Assembly (NCBI GenBank): GCA_963843145.1
Contig: CAWJJC010000028.1
Span: 722,171 to 786,170 of the forward strand
DNA from: an uncultured delta proteobacterium
Lineage (GTDB): Bacteria; Desulfobacterota; RBG-13-43-22
Direction of reading: 5' to 3'
DNA: 64,000 nucleotides
The notes under the pieces are model-generated. The model was not told the DNA's origin, did not search any database, and saw nothing but the letters and a program-made list of their open reading frames with translations. Below, piece after piece: positions 1 through 9,633 of this stretch (its first letter is position 1; each line of letters begins with the position of its first letter). The translations under genes were made by a program, and so were the position numbers.

Positions 1-689
1 CGGGCACAATGAGCGGATTCTTCATGATGCAAAAAGGCAATCCAATTTTCCAGACGAAAATCGTCGTCCCGAATTTCAAGGGCCAAAGCCCCTTGACCGA
101 CCGCCGGTAAGCAGACTTCGGGTTCCAGATACTCACTAATCAAATGGTTCCAGCCCAGGCGATGGAGTCCGGCCGCCGCCAGGACGATACCGGCCAATCC
201 CTGGGTCTCCATCTTTCGAATCCGGGTGTCCAGGTTGCCCCTCAAGGGAAAAATTTCCAGGTCCGGCCGGTACCCCAGGAGTTGGGCCTTACGGCGTAGA
301 CTGCCGGTGCCGATCTTGGCCCGGGCCGGGACCTGGGCCAGGGTGATTTTGAGCGGCGAAAGAAAAACGTCCCGGGGGTCTTCCCGAAGCGGAACGGCCC
401 CGATCTTCAGCCCCTCCGGCAAGTCCCCCGGCATATCCTTCATGCTGTGGACGGCCAGATCGACTTTTTTAGTTAAAAGAGCTTCCTCGATCTCTTTGAC
501 GAAAAGCCCCTTCCCGCCCACCTGGGCCAGAGGGACATCCAGAATTTTATCCCCTTTGGTTTTGAGGGTGACCAACTCTACCTTCAGTTCCGGATGGTAC
601 TGCTCCAGACGATCCTTGACCCAATGGGCCTGCTGTAAGGCCAGGGGACTACCCCGGGTGCCGAGGCGAATAGCTTCCTCTTTGGTCAT
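1..689 (-). CDS. hemC: hydroxymethylbilane synthase, 3' end outside window
   Basis: Manual translation from ATG 689: MTKEEAIRLGTRGSPLALQQAHWV...GGKGLFVKEIE...AVHSMKDMP...GTGSLRR...RGNLDTR. Confidence 0.95.
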   Translation of the reverse strand, partial: MTKEEAIRLGTRGSPLALQQAHWVKDRLEQYHPELKVELVTLKTKGDKILDVPLAQVGGKGLFVKEIEEALLTKKVDLAVHSMKDMPGDLPEGLKIGAVPLREDPRDVFLSPLKITLAQVPARAKIGTGSLRRKAQLLGYRPDLEIFPLRGNLDTRIRKMETQGLAGIVLAAAGLHRLGWNHLISEYLEPEVCLPAVGQGALALEIRDDDFRLENWIAFLHHEESAHCA

Positions 690-754
690 TTCTCGTTTCC
701 CGGCAGGAGAAGGGAGAGAGTGGTACGCGACTGGTCGAGCATCTCGAGAAGAGG

Positions 755-973
755 TTAGTGGCAGGTGGAGCAATTATGGGAGGCGCAACTGCCACAACTG
801 GAGGATGAACCGGTCCCGACAAAGCGTTCCGACCCCTTAAAGGCAAAAGTGGACATCTTCCGTTCCAAGTTTTCCTTCTGGCATTTTGGGCAACAGATTT
901 TTTCGGAGGATCTAAATACCAGCGCCTCAAAATCGTTTCCGCAATCCAAACAAATATATTCATAAATAGGCAT
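755..973 (-). CDS. FmdB-family zinc ribbon protein
   Basis: MPIYEYxCxxC...CPKC and Cys-rich tail SCGSCASHNCSTCH. Confidence 0.85.
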   Translation of the reverse strand: MPIYEYICLDCGNDFEALVFRSSEKICCPKCQKENLERKMSTFAFKGSERFVGTGSSSSCGSCASHNCSTCH

Positions 974-1053
974 AAAAGGCTCCTTCTCGGCTATTTTTTT
1001 ACATCTTTATAGATCTAATTTAATCACCAAACCTGGTTTAGACAAGTTCAGGT

Positions 1054-1265
1054 TATTAACGGTCTCAAAATAATAATGACAGGATTCTTTAATGCCCCCT
1101 GGTCCCAGCCAAAGACAAAAGACGATCTCTCACAGAGCACACAGAGCTCACAGAGAATAGTCAAAAGAAAAATTCGTCTTTCTTTGCGCCCTCTGCGAAC
1201 TCGAGCGAAGCGGGCGAGAGAAAAAGAGAAAACCCAGTGTAAGCACAATTATGAGACTATCAATA
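1054..1265. mobile_element. MITE-like element, copy 1 (short)
   Basis: Ends TATTAACGGTCTC / GAGACTATCAATA; internal blocks shared with 54266-54655 and 59068-59370. Confidence 0.7.
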
Positions 1266-1266
1266 T

Positions 1267-2220
1267 TTAAGGGACCCAACCTTCCATCAAGGCGGCCGCC
1301 AACAGGGGGATCATCAGTTCATGATGCCCGACCAGGTAAAATCCTTGTCCCCCCTCCAAGGTCGGTCTCCGAACCACGTTGGTAGCCGGCCGGTAATGGC
1401 GGACAAAATCAAAATTCACGGTAGTCAGGTTTTTTAAAGGCCAGCCCAGATTGCGCACCAGGGTGACTGCCTTGAGAAAGACTTCCGGAAGAATAACGGC
1501 GGAACCAATATTAATGAAGACCCCTCCCTCCAGGGTTCGGACCACGGAACAAAAGGTTTGAAAGTCCCGGTAGGAGGCCCGGCCGGTGGCCTCCGGATTC
1601 ATCGAGGGATGGAGGTGGATAATATCGGTGCCGATGGCCACATGGACGGTCACCGGTATCTTTTTTTGGGCGGCCATGGCCAACAAACTACTCTGGAGAT
1701 GAGGTGGGGAGGAATCGAGTAAGGCCTGACCTACCGCTTCGCCCAGTCCTCTTCCTTCGCCGGCTCCCCGGGAAATGGCTTGGTTTAAGAACAGGGCCGT
1801 CTCCTTCGCCATCCCGAAAGTCCCTCGACCCAATTCCTGGTCCACGTCCTCCGAAGTCTGGCCGACCATGGCCAACTCGCTGTCGTGGATTATCCCGGCT
1901 CCGTTGAGGGCTAAGGCGGAAATGAATCCCTTTTCCATCAAGGCGATAAGCAGAGGATTTAATCCTACTTTGATGACATGGGCGCCCATGGCCCAAAAAA
2001 TGGTCTTTTTGTTCTTTTTGGCTTGGGCAATGGCGCGGACGACGGAGCGAAAATCCTGCCCGGCCAGAATGTGGGGCAGGGAGTCCAGAAAATACCGCAA
2101 AGAGTCCCCCGGATGCCAGGGGCGGGCGAAGTCATCCAATTTCACCTTGCTGGGGCGATTTTTCAGCGAATAGGTCTTCAAACGCTTCAAGGAGAGGTTG
2201 GGGTAAGGGCGTTTTTGCAT
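1267..2220 (-). CDS. deoxyhypusine-synthase-like conserved hypothetical protein
   Basis: 317 aa; GAHVIKVG, IGTDIIH, GSAVILPEVFLKA, GHHE motifs. Confidence 0.65.
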   Translation of the reverse strand: MQKRPYPNLSLKRLKTYSLKNRPSKVKLDDFARPWHPGDSLRYFLDSLPHILAGQDFRSVVRAIAQAKKNKKTIFWAMGAHVIKVGLNPLLIALMEKGFISALALNGAGIIHDSELAMVGQTSEDVDQELGRGTFGMAKETALFLNQAISRGAGEGRGLGEAVGQALLDSSPPHLQSSLLAMAAQKKIPVTVHVAIGTDIIHLHPSMNPEATGRASYRDFQTFCSVVRTLEGGVFINIGSAVILPEVFLKAVTLVRNLGWPLKNLTTVNFDFVRHYRPATNVVRRPTLEGGQGFYLVGHHELMIPLLAAALMEGWVP

Positions 2221-2812
2221 CTCGGGTCCTTAGTACTCTTTGCCCGGGAAAACACTCTGCTTCGACCATCTGGCAAAGCAGGTGTTCGATGACCAGGTGC
2301 GTTTCCTGGATGAGGGGGGTTTCCGTGGAAGGAACGATCAGCGCGTAATCGGACCACCGGACCATTTGCCCCCCGTCCTGGCCGGTGAGGGCCAGGGTTT
2401 GAATCCCTTTCTCTTGAGCCGCCTGCAGCCCCCGGAGAATATTCGGGGAGTTGCCGCTGGTGCTGATCGCTATCAGGATATCCCCGGGTAGACCCAGGGC
2501 CTGGATCTGCTTTTCAAAGATCTGGTCGAAGCCGAAGTCATTTCCGATACTGGTGATAACGGAAGTGTCGGTACTCAAGGCCAAGGCGGGCAGAGGGGAA
2601 CGGTTGAGGAGAAAGCGGTTGACGAATTCCGCGGCCAAATGCTGGGCGTCGGCTGCGCTGCCCCCATTGCCCATCAGCAGGAGCTTCCTTCCCTGCTGAA
2701 AGGCCTGGCTGATCAGGCCGGCCCAATGGACCAACCGCTCTCCCTGGGATTCAAAGAAAAGCGTTTGCAGGCGATGAAGGGCTTCCAGATGCTGTTGAAT
2801 AGTCGTATGCAT
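2132..2812 (-). CDS. gmhA: D-sedoheptulose 7-phosphate isomerase (C-terminus may be extended by an indel)
   Basis: GNGGSAADAQHLAAEF, ISTSGNSPN, IQETH SIS-domain motifs. Confidence 0.92.
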   Translation of the reverse strand: MHTTIQQHLEALHRLQTLFFESQGERLVHWAGLISQAFQQGRKLLLMGNGGSAADAQHLAAEFVNRFLLNRSPLPALALSTDTSVITSIGNDFGFDQIFEKQIQALGLPGDILIAISTSGNSPNILRGLQAAQEKGIQTLALTGQDGGQMVRWSDYALIVPSTETPLIQETHLVIEHLLCQMVEAECFPGQRVLRTRDAKTPLPQPLLEAFEDLFAEKSPQQGEIG

Positions 2813-2921
2813 GGGTATGAAAATAGAACTCGGCACCAGAAGGCATTTATTGATAGTTAATAATTAACAATTGATTATTAATTATTATTTTCAACTTTTC
2901 TATCCTATTCAGGAGTCCCTG

Positions 2922-5534
2922 TCAACCTCTTCCGCCCGACACGTTTCCCGAGGGGGCGTCGGCCGAAATCTGGAGCTTTTGACGGGCCTCTTCCATTCCC
3001 GGATCAAAGGACAGGGCTTTTTCCCACCAAAGGCGGGCCGCTTCCATCTGGTCCAATTTTTCCAAGGATAGTCCTAGAAAATAACAGAGCGTCCCGCTTC
3101 GTTCGCCCAATTCCCAGGCGGTTTCCAATTCTTTTTGGGCGTCCTGGTATTGTCTATTTTGATAGAGCGCTCGGCCCAGCCAGAACCTGAAATGGGGGTT
3201 TCCTTTTTCCAGGTCGACGCTGTAGCGGCAGAATGATAAAGCGATGGGCAAGTTGGCCTCGCGGACCAAATAGAGCGCCCCTAATTGGTGCAAGGAATAG
3301 GCATCCCGGGGATTCACCCTGACGGCGGCCTTAAAAGCGGAAAGGGCCTCATCCCAGTTGCCTTTTTTTACCCAGCACTCCCCCAGGTAGCGATGAATAA
3401 ACGCCTTATCAGGATGCAGGCGGCCGGCTTGAAGAAAACAGGGAAGCGCCTGCTCTAAGAGGCCGGCGTCCCGGTAAAGCTTTCCCAATTGATACTGGGC
3501 CCCAAAATGAAGGGGATTAAGCGCAACGGCCATTTTTAAGGATTCTCGGGCCAACGAAGGGTCCTGAAGTCGGAGATAAATCAGGCCCAGATTGTAATGT
3601 CCCATGAAATCCTGAGGATCTTTCCGCAGGGCTGTTTCAAATTCCCTGATAGCCGATTCCAGATCTCCTTGTTCTCCGAAGCAGACGCCCAGGCTGTTTC
3701 GCAGGGTATTATTCTCCGGATTCACGCCGAGTCCCTTCCGGTACTCACTCAGAGCGGCAACAATTTTCCCCTGATCGAAAAGCTTATCCCCGCTGATATT
3801 CAAACTGGTGTCGTCGAAGAGCGCTATTTGGCCGTGACCCAACAGCAGGGCATGGTCTAAGGCCTTAAGGGCATTATCCAGAATATCTATTTTTTGATAA
3901 TCGGTTTGGGGAAAACCCGCCGCTCCAATGGTTAGCCTCAGGTTCAATTTTTCTCGGGCTTCTTCCTGAATAGACTGGAGTCGGGGCAGGGCGGAAGGGA
4001 GGGGCTCCAGCAGTTGCACCAGGATGAGGGTGTCCGGGGAGTAGCGGGCCAGGAGTTCCGGGGTCGGACTCTGAGTCCTGATGAGCTGGGTTAGTTGCTG
4101 GAAAAGCAACCGGCGTTCCACCCGTCCCAGAAGCTCTCCTTTGAATTCCCAATCCTGAATTTGGAGCAGGGCCATCCAAAACAAACTCCAGCTCGAATGG
4201 CCCTGATGAAAAGAACGTAAAAAGTCAGGGAGCGTCAACAGCCCCTGGTTACCCCCGGCAAGAGGATAGTCTCGGTCTGGGGGTACCGGTTCCGGGTCAT
4301 CTCCCTCTAACGGGGGGATTTTATCCAAACGCGCGATCCGGTCGCCGACCGCTACTTTGTTTAGCGGGTCCCTGATCCAGCAGATCTCGGCCAGGGAGGT
4401 TTTCGGGTAGGCTTCATTGAGCGAAACGATGGCTTTAAAGACCTCGATTTCCTGATCCCTTTCCAGGATTCCAAAAAACAAGGGGGGCAGAGCCTGGTGA
4501 TAAGCGCCTAAATTAATTCTGACCCGGTTCATCGGTAAGACTTCCAGTACTTGGCCTCTCAAGCGGATGATATCCGAAAAGCTGCAAAATGTTCCGGGTT
4601 CCATCGTTTCGGCTAATTCCCGGGCCTGTTCTGCTTTGTGTTGAATCAGTGGCGGCCCCTCCACGGACAGGTCCGGATCGGCCAATTGCGAGGATTCCGC
4701 CGCGGTAAAATGATCCGGGAAGACAGCGAACCCCCCCCGAATATCCACTGAAACCGGACCATAATTTTTTTCAAGGTCCAGATTGGCGACCCGCAGGATT
4801 TCCTTAAGGACCAGCAAACGTTCTTTCACCGCCGCCTCATCCACCCCTTCCCAGAGGATGGATATGCCTTCCACTCCGCTGCGGCCCACTTCGCCCGGCC
4901 AGGGCAAGGTCGACTCCAAGGCCGAAGATATTTTTTTGACCCAAAAGGTAAACCGTTCCTGAAGAAACGTCTCGGCCCCTTCTGCGGATTGGAGACCGAA
5001 GGGCTGGAAGGTAACCAGTCCCAGGCTGAACCGGGACCCGGGTTCCGGTTCGATAGGCTTCAAATGAAGGTGGTGGGGAAACAATTTGCCCTGGCGCGAA
5101 GCGCCCGTCAATTTTTCCCTGACCAATCGGCAAAAATGGTCTTGATTAAGCAGGCCCGTCAGAGGGTCTTTCTTTTGGACGGAGAGCAGGAAAGCTTTTT
5201 CCAGGAGCAACTGGAGGACTTTGGTCAGAAAGGGGAAATCATGGGGCCGGGTTTCCTGCGAAAGGACCCCTTCCAAAATAAGTTCCAGCCATAAGTAATC
5301 CCCCTCCCCGATCGGGATCCGGATGGTTGACATAAAGGGTTTGATTTCCGGGGTACCGCACCAGAATCGGGGAATGGGCTCCGCCTTTAAGAATAGACTT
5401 TTTTCCTGCGGAGGGGTGGACGAAGCCGGGATTAAAAAAAGATCATTGAAGGGTAGCAACGGGCCGATTTCTTTCCGAACCAAGTCGCTGATTACCCACC
5501 AATTTTTTGGATTCGCTAGAAAAAAAGAGGCCAT
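2922..5534 (-). CDS. degenerate GGDEF-like domains plus TPR repeat protein
   Basis: KDPLTGLLN motif, degenerate signatures RSGVEG and RYSPDT, several C-terminal TPRs. Confidence 0.7.
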   Translation of the reverse strand: MASFFLANPKNWWVISDLVRKEIGPLLPFNDLFLIPASSTPPQEKSLFLKAEPIPRFWCGTPEIKPFMSTIRIPIGEGDYLWLELILEGVLSQETRPHDFPFLTKVLQLLLEKAFLLSVQKKDPLTGLLNQDHFCRLVREKLTGASRQGKLFPHHLHLKPIEPEPGSRFSLGLVTFQPFGLQSAEGAETFLQERFTFWVKKISSALESTLPWPGEVGRSGVEGISILWEGVDEAAVKERLLVLKEILRVANLDLEKNYGPVSVDIRGGFAVFPDHFTAAESSQLADPDLSVEGPPLIQHKAEQARELAETMEPGTFCSFSDIIRLRGQVLEVLPMNRVRINLGAYHQALPPLFFGILERDQEIEVFKAIVSLNEAYPKTSLAEICWIRDPLNKVAVGDRIARLDKIPPLEGDDPEPVPPDRDYPLAGGNQGLLTLPDFLRSFHQGHSSWSLFWMALLQIQDWEFKGELLGRVERRLLFQQLTQLIRTQSPTPELLARYSPDTLILVQLLEPLPSALPRLQSIQEEAREKLNLRLTIGAAGFPQTDYQKIDILDNALKALDHALLLGHGQIALFDDTSLNISGDKLFDQGKIVAALSEYRKGLGVNPENNTLRNSLGVCFGEQGDLESAIREFETALRKDPQDFMGHYNLGLIYLRLQDPSLARESLKMAVALNPLHFGAQYQLGKLYRDAGLLEQALPCFLQAGRLHPDKAFIHRYLGECWVKKGNWDEALSAFKAAVRVNPRDAYSLHQLGALYLVREANLPIALSFCRYSVDLEKGNPHFRFWLGRALYQNRQYQDAQKELETAWELGERSGTLCYFLGLSLEKLDQMEAARLWWEKALSFDPGMEEARQKLQISADAPSGNVSGGRG

Positions 5535-5544
5535 AAGAAGAAGG

Positions 5545-6948
5545 TCAGGGTCGGGAGATCCATTCTTTCAACCCCTGAAGCAAGACGGGCCGATCGGCTT
5601 CCTGCAGGGTGCGCAGATCCAGCAAAAGGCGCTCTTTTTCGATTCTTCCGATGATCGGTATCTCCCGGGAACGTAGGTGTTTTTCCAGTTTGTCTATCGT
5701 CCCGGTCTGAGGAGTCAGGACCAGGGCATAGGAATCCGGTGTCGAAAGGGGTAACGCCCCCCCGCCGACCTGGGATTGGGTGAGCGTTAATTCAAAGCGG
5801 ATCTCCGGACCAATAGTTTGGCGTAGTAGGCGCAACCAGCGCCTGGCCCGGCGAAGAAGGTCGGGCAGGGTGAAGCTTAACATCCGCAAGGTGGGAATTT
5901 CCCTCAGGGCCTGGTCCGTCCGGCGGTAGAGATGCAGGGTGGCTTCCAGGGCGGCTAAGGTCAGTTTGTCGATCCGCAGCGCCCGGGTGAAGGGATTCCG
6001 GCGCAGGAGTTGAATTATTTCTTGATGACCGACGATAATCCCGGCCTGGGGGCCTCCCAGGAGTTTATCTCCGCTGAAGGTGACCAAATCCGCTCCTGAA
6101 CCTACGGCTTCCGGAACGGTCGGTTCTTTTTCCAGCCCGAAGGGGGAGAGATCCAGCAGGCTTCCGCTTCCCAAATCTTCCATTACCGGGATCTGCTGGG
6201 TCCGACCCAAGCCGACCAGTTGTTCCAGGGGGACCTCGGCGGTAAAGCCTAAGAGTCTAAAATTGCTGGTGTGGACCTTGAGCAGCAAGGCCGTCCGGTC
6301 GGACAGCGCGTTTTCATAATCCCGCAAATGGGTCTTGTTGGTGGTCCCTACCTCCCGGAGAATGGCTCCGCTGCGGGACATGATTTCCGGGATGCGGAAA
6401 GATCCGCCGATTTCGATCAGTTGACCCCGGGAGACCACCACCTCCCGGCCCCGGGCCAGGGTATCAAGGGCCAGCAGGACGGCGGCGGCGTTGTTGTTGA
6501 CCACCAGGGCCGCCTCCGCACCGGTCAATTCCAGGAGCAGGTCCTCCACGTGGCTGTAACGACTGCCTCGTTCGCCCCGGTCAAGATCATATTCCAAATT
6601 GGAATAATGGCGGGCCACCGATTCCATCTGGGCAATGGCCTGAGGGGCCAGTAGCGACCGGCCCAGGTTGGTATGGATCACCACTCCGGTGCCGTTGACC
6701 ACCCGGCGAAGATGATAGGCGGTCTTGGATTTTAAATACTGGCCCGTTTCCCGCCAGAGGACCTCGGGGCTGAGATCCGGTTGGCGGCCATGGAGCAGCA
6801 TTTCCCGTTTACGGGTTAACAGGTCCCGGAGAACCTGGAGAATCAACGCGCGGGGGTAATGGACCAGGTATTCCGAGAAGTGAGGAAAGGTCAACAAAAA
6901 GGTAACCGAAGGGATTTGCCGTAACGGTAGAGTGGATTCTTCGGGCAT
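5545..6948 (-). CDS. selA: L-seryl-tRNA(Sec) selenium transferase
   Basis: VNGTGVVIHTNLGR, VNNNAAA, EIGGSFR, FSGDKLLGGPQAG; ATG 6948 likely start. Confidence 0.96.
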   Translation of the reverse strand: MPEESTLPLRQIPSVTFLLTFPHFSEYLVHYPRALILQVLRDLLTRKREMLLHGRQPDLSPEVLWRETGQYLKSKTAYHLRRVVNGTGVVIHTNLGRSLLAPQAIAQMESVARHYSNLEYDLDRGERGSRYSHVEDLLLELTGAEAALVVNNNAAAVLLALDTLARGREVVVSRGQLIEIGGSFRIPEIMSRSGAILREVGTTNKTHLRDYENALSDRTALLLKVHTSNFRLLGFTAEVPLEQLVGLGRTQQIPVMEDLGSGSLLDLSPFGLEKEPTVPEAVGSGADLVTFSGDKLLGGPQAGIIVGHQEIIQLLRRNPFTRALRIDKLTLAALEATLHLYRRTDQALREIPTLRMLSFTLPDLLRRARRWLRLLRQTIGPEIRFELTLTQSQVGGGALPLSTPDSYALVLTPQTGTIDKLEKHLRSREIPIIGRIEKERLLLDLRTLQEADRPVLLQGLKEWISRP

Positions 6949-7033
6949 GAATAGATTTATACTGGAAGACGATTCGGTTGACAATGAAAAAAAACGCCAT
7001 TACCTGTTGCCCCGTTGGAGGTTATGGGATAGT

Positions 7034-8752
7034 ATGCCTTTTGATATGGAATGGCAATTTCTTTCTAGTAATCCGGAGGCCGCCCGGGAATTGGCCGAGG
7101 TCCTGGGGTTGTCCCCGCTGGTAGCTCAGCTTTTGCTTCATCGTGGTCTGGAGCAACTCGAATCGGCGCAGACCTTCCTCAACCCCACCCTGTCCGGGCT
7201 TTCTTCGCCTACCCTGATGAAAGACATGGATCGGGCGGTGGCGCGAATCATTCAAGCCATTCGCCGGCAAGAGAAGATCGCCGTTTACGGAGATTACGAC
7301 GCCGATGGTCTCACCGCCACCGCGGTGCTGGTGACCTTCCTGCGCCCTTTTTTCCCGGATATTTTGTACTATATCCCGCACCGTACCCGGGAGGGGTACG
7401 GGTTAAACCAGGGGAGCCTGACCCGCCTCCATGAACAGGGAGCAACCCTGGTGATCACCGTGGATTGCGGCAGTTCCAACCATGACGAAATCGAGTGGGC
7501 CAAAGGCCTGGGTATAGAGGTTCTGGTGACCGATCATCATCAAGTGGGCCTCCAAGGGGTTCCCCGGGCCGCGGCGGTTGTTAATCCGAAACAGGAAGGC
7601 TGCCGGTTTCCCTACAAGGAACTGGCCGGGGTCGGCGTGGCCTTTACCCTGGTGATCGCCTTGCGGCAGGCCCTGGAGGCGGAAGGGTTTTTTCAAGGGC
7701 CTAAACCCAATCTGCGATCCTATTTGGACTTGGTGGTACTCGGTACGGTGGCGGATATGGTGCCTCTGACCGGGGATAACCGGATTTACGCGGCCGACGG
7801 ACTTCGGGTTTTGAACGATTCCACCCGGGAAGGGATTTTGGCCCTGAAGGCCGTCTCCGGGATTCTGCCTTCGGCGCGGATTTCCGCGGTGGATGTGGCC
7901 TTTCGTTTGGCCCCGCGCTTAAATGCCTTAGGCCGCCTGACCGAAGCCAAAGAGGGCATTGAATTGCTGATCACCGGGGAGCGGGAACGGGCTCGTTTGC
8001 TGGCCGAAACCATGGACCAGGAAAACCGCCGCCGCCAGGAAATCGAACAGCAGCTCCTGAAGGAAATCGACGAAACCATCAGCACCAATCCCGGACTCTA
8101 TCAGCGGAAGTGCCTGGTGCTCTGGTCCGAAAAATGGCCCCGGGGCATCCTGGGATTGATCGCCTCCCGCCTGGTGGAACGGTGGTTTCGGCCGGTTTTT
8201 CTCTTTGGCCTGGAAGATGGGGTGGCCCAGGGGTCGGGTCGCAGTATCGGGGGGTTCCATCTGTTTAAGGCCCTGGAAGAATTGGCGCCTCGCCTGCTGC
8301 GGTTCGGCGGCCATGCGGCCGCGGCCGGGGCGGCCCTGAAGGCCGAAGACCTCCCGTTTTTTGAACAGGCCCTGGAGGCCCTGGTTGAAAAAACCCTGCC
8401 GCCGGAAAGTTTTATTCCCTCCCTGCAAGTGGAAGCGGAGGTGGACTTCAGCCTCCTGGGCAAATCCCTGGTCCCTTATTTGCCCCGGCTGGCCCCTTTC
8501 GGGCAAGGCAATCCGGAGCCGATTTTGGTAACGCGGCAGGTCCGGGTCAAGACCCTGCGTCCGGTGGGCAACGGCCATTTGCGGATGACCTTGGAGAATA
8601 AAGGAATCACCCTGGATGGTTTCGGGTTCAATCTGGGAGAATTGCCGCTGGTTCCGGGAAATTTCCTGGACTTGGCCTATACCATCGATCTGGATGCGCG
8701 CGGGGGGGGGGCGTTCTTAAAACTGAAAATCAAAGATATCCAGTTGCCTTAG
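7034..8752 (+). CDS. recJ: ssDNA-specific exonuclease RecJ (start approximate)
   Basis: YGDYDADG, TVDCG, TDHH, LGTVAD, PRLNALGR, GGH. Confidence 0.95.
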   Translation: MPFDMEWQFLSSNPEAARELAEVLGLSPLVAQLLLHRGLEQLESAQTFLNPTLSGLSSPTLMKDMDRAVARIIQAIRRQEKIAVYGDYDADGLTATAVLVTFLRPFFPDILYYIPHRTREGYGLNQGSLTRLHEQGATLVITVDCGSSNHDEIEWAKGLGIEVLVTDHHQVGLQGVPRAAAVVNPKQEGCRFPYKELAGVGVAFTLVIALRQALEAEGFFQGPKPNLRSYLDLVVLGTVADMVPLTGDNRIYAADGLRVLNDSTREGILALKAVSGILPSARISAVDVAFRLAPRLNALGRLTEAKEGIELLITGERERARLLAETMDQENRRRQEIEQQLLKEIDETISTNPGLYQRKCLVLWSEKWPRGILGLIASRLVERWFRPVFLFGLEDGVAQGSGRSIGGFHLFKALEELAPRLLRFGGHAAAAGAALKAEDLPFFEQALEALVEKTLPPESFIPSLQVEAEVDFSLLGKSLVPYLPRLAPFGQGNPEPILVTRQVRVKTLRPVGNGHLRMTLENKGITLDGFGFNLGELPLVPGNFLDLAYTIDLDARGGGAFLKLKIKDIQLP

Positions 8753-9309
8753 GAAGAAGGGGGGAGTCCCTTCCCCTGGGCCCAGCGATACAATTCCTCG
8801 CAGGTGGGGCAGAGTTCGGTCCCTTTGCAGTCCGTTTCCCCGAGCAGACAGGAGGAATTCATGACACATAAGGGATCGCGGCAATGGGTCAGGCCGAAGG
8901 TATGGCCCAATTCATGAATCGCTTCCTTGGCGATCCGCTCCCAATACAACTTCCGATCCGGATCCAATCCATAGGATTCCGGACGCAAACGAAAAAGGGA
9001 GATGATTGCCCCTTTGCCGGACACCTGGGCCTCGCCGAAAATGTATTTCATGATGGGGATGAATAAATCCACCGGAGTGACGCCCAAAACCTTCAACGTG
9101 TCCCCGGGCAGTTGCCGCAGCATTTTCTTCAATAAGCCGGTGGAATAGTACTGGTCCCGGTGGGAGTTATAACAACTCAAGGGCAAATCCTGGGTGGGGA
9201 GGAGTCTGCTGGGTGTCCCGAAGGCCGGTTCCACCGCTGATCGGATATGGAGCAGAATCTCCTCGGGAACCGGGCCCAGGGGAAGGAGGTAGATGACCGG
9301 ATCGGACAT
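8749..9309 (-). CDS. archaemetzincin-family zinc metalloprotease
   Basis: HELGHTFGLTHC-x4-CVM...CPTC. Confidence 0.9.
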   Translation of the reverse strand: MSDPVIYLLPLGPVPEEILLHIRSAVEPAFGTPSRLLPTQDLPLSCYNSHRDQYYSTGLLKKMLRQLPGDTLKVLGVTPVDLFIPIMKYIFGEAQVSGKGAIISLFRLRPESYGLDPDRKLYWERIAKEAIHELGHTFGLTHCRDPLCVMNSSCLLGETDCKGTELCPTCEELYRWAQGKGLPPSS

Positions 9310-9317
9310 GGCGCGGG

Positions 9318-9587
9318 TTAAATCCGAAATCCGAAATCGACTCGGCTGAGCTCGTCGCAGGCCGAAATCCGAAACAAATTCAAATGACCCAATTTCGAAA
9401 TTCGAAACATTTCCTCCCCTCGGTATTGAGGCTTAGAAAGCAGCGAATCATGCGGCGTGATGATCCGGGGATTCACCCTTCTCCAACTCCGCCGTAGGTG
9501 GGAGCAAGAGGGGGGAGATGTTTCGATCATTTGAATTTTGAACATTCGTGCTTGTTTCGAATTTCGTGTTTCGAATTTCGGATTTAA
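9318..9587. repeat. long imperfect inverted repeat of AAATCCG/TTTCGRA-type heptamers
   Basis: TTAAATCCGAAAT 9318 pairs with ATTTCGGATTTAA 9587; inner TCGAAACAT..CCCCTC / GAGGGG..ATGTTTCGA. Confidence 0.8.
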
Positions 9588-9633
9588 TACTCCGGTCCCA
9601 TTTTTGAAACCGGTAAAAGCTTATTACTCTCGC

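Noticed and set aside
1048-1270. Short ORFs over repeats (also 9318-9545, 54382-54681, 59109-59432, 60489-60680, 62396-62584)
   Set aside because: Translations of repeat DNA
2132-2240. Long gmhA overlap with the next gene (and 47-nt nuoB/nuoC overlap) as functional overlap
   Set aside because: A one-base shift gives a normal stop for gmhA near 2230; cannot be distinguished from indel error
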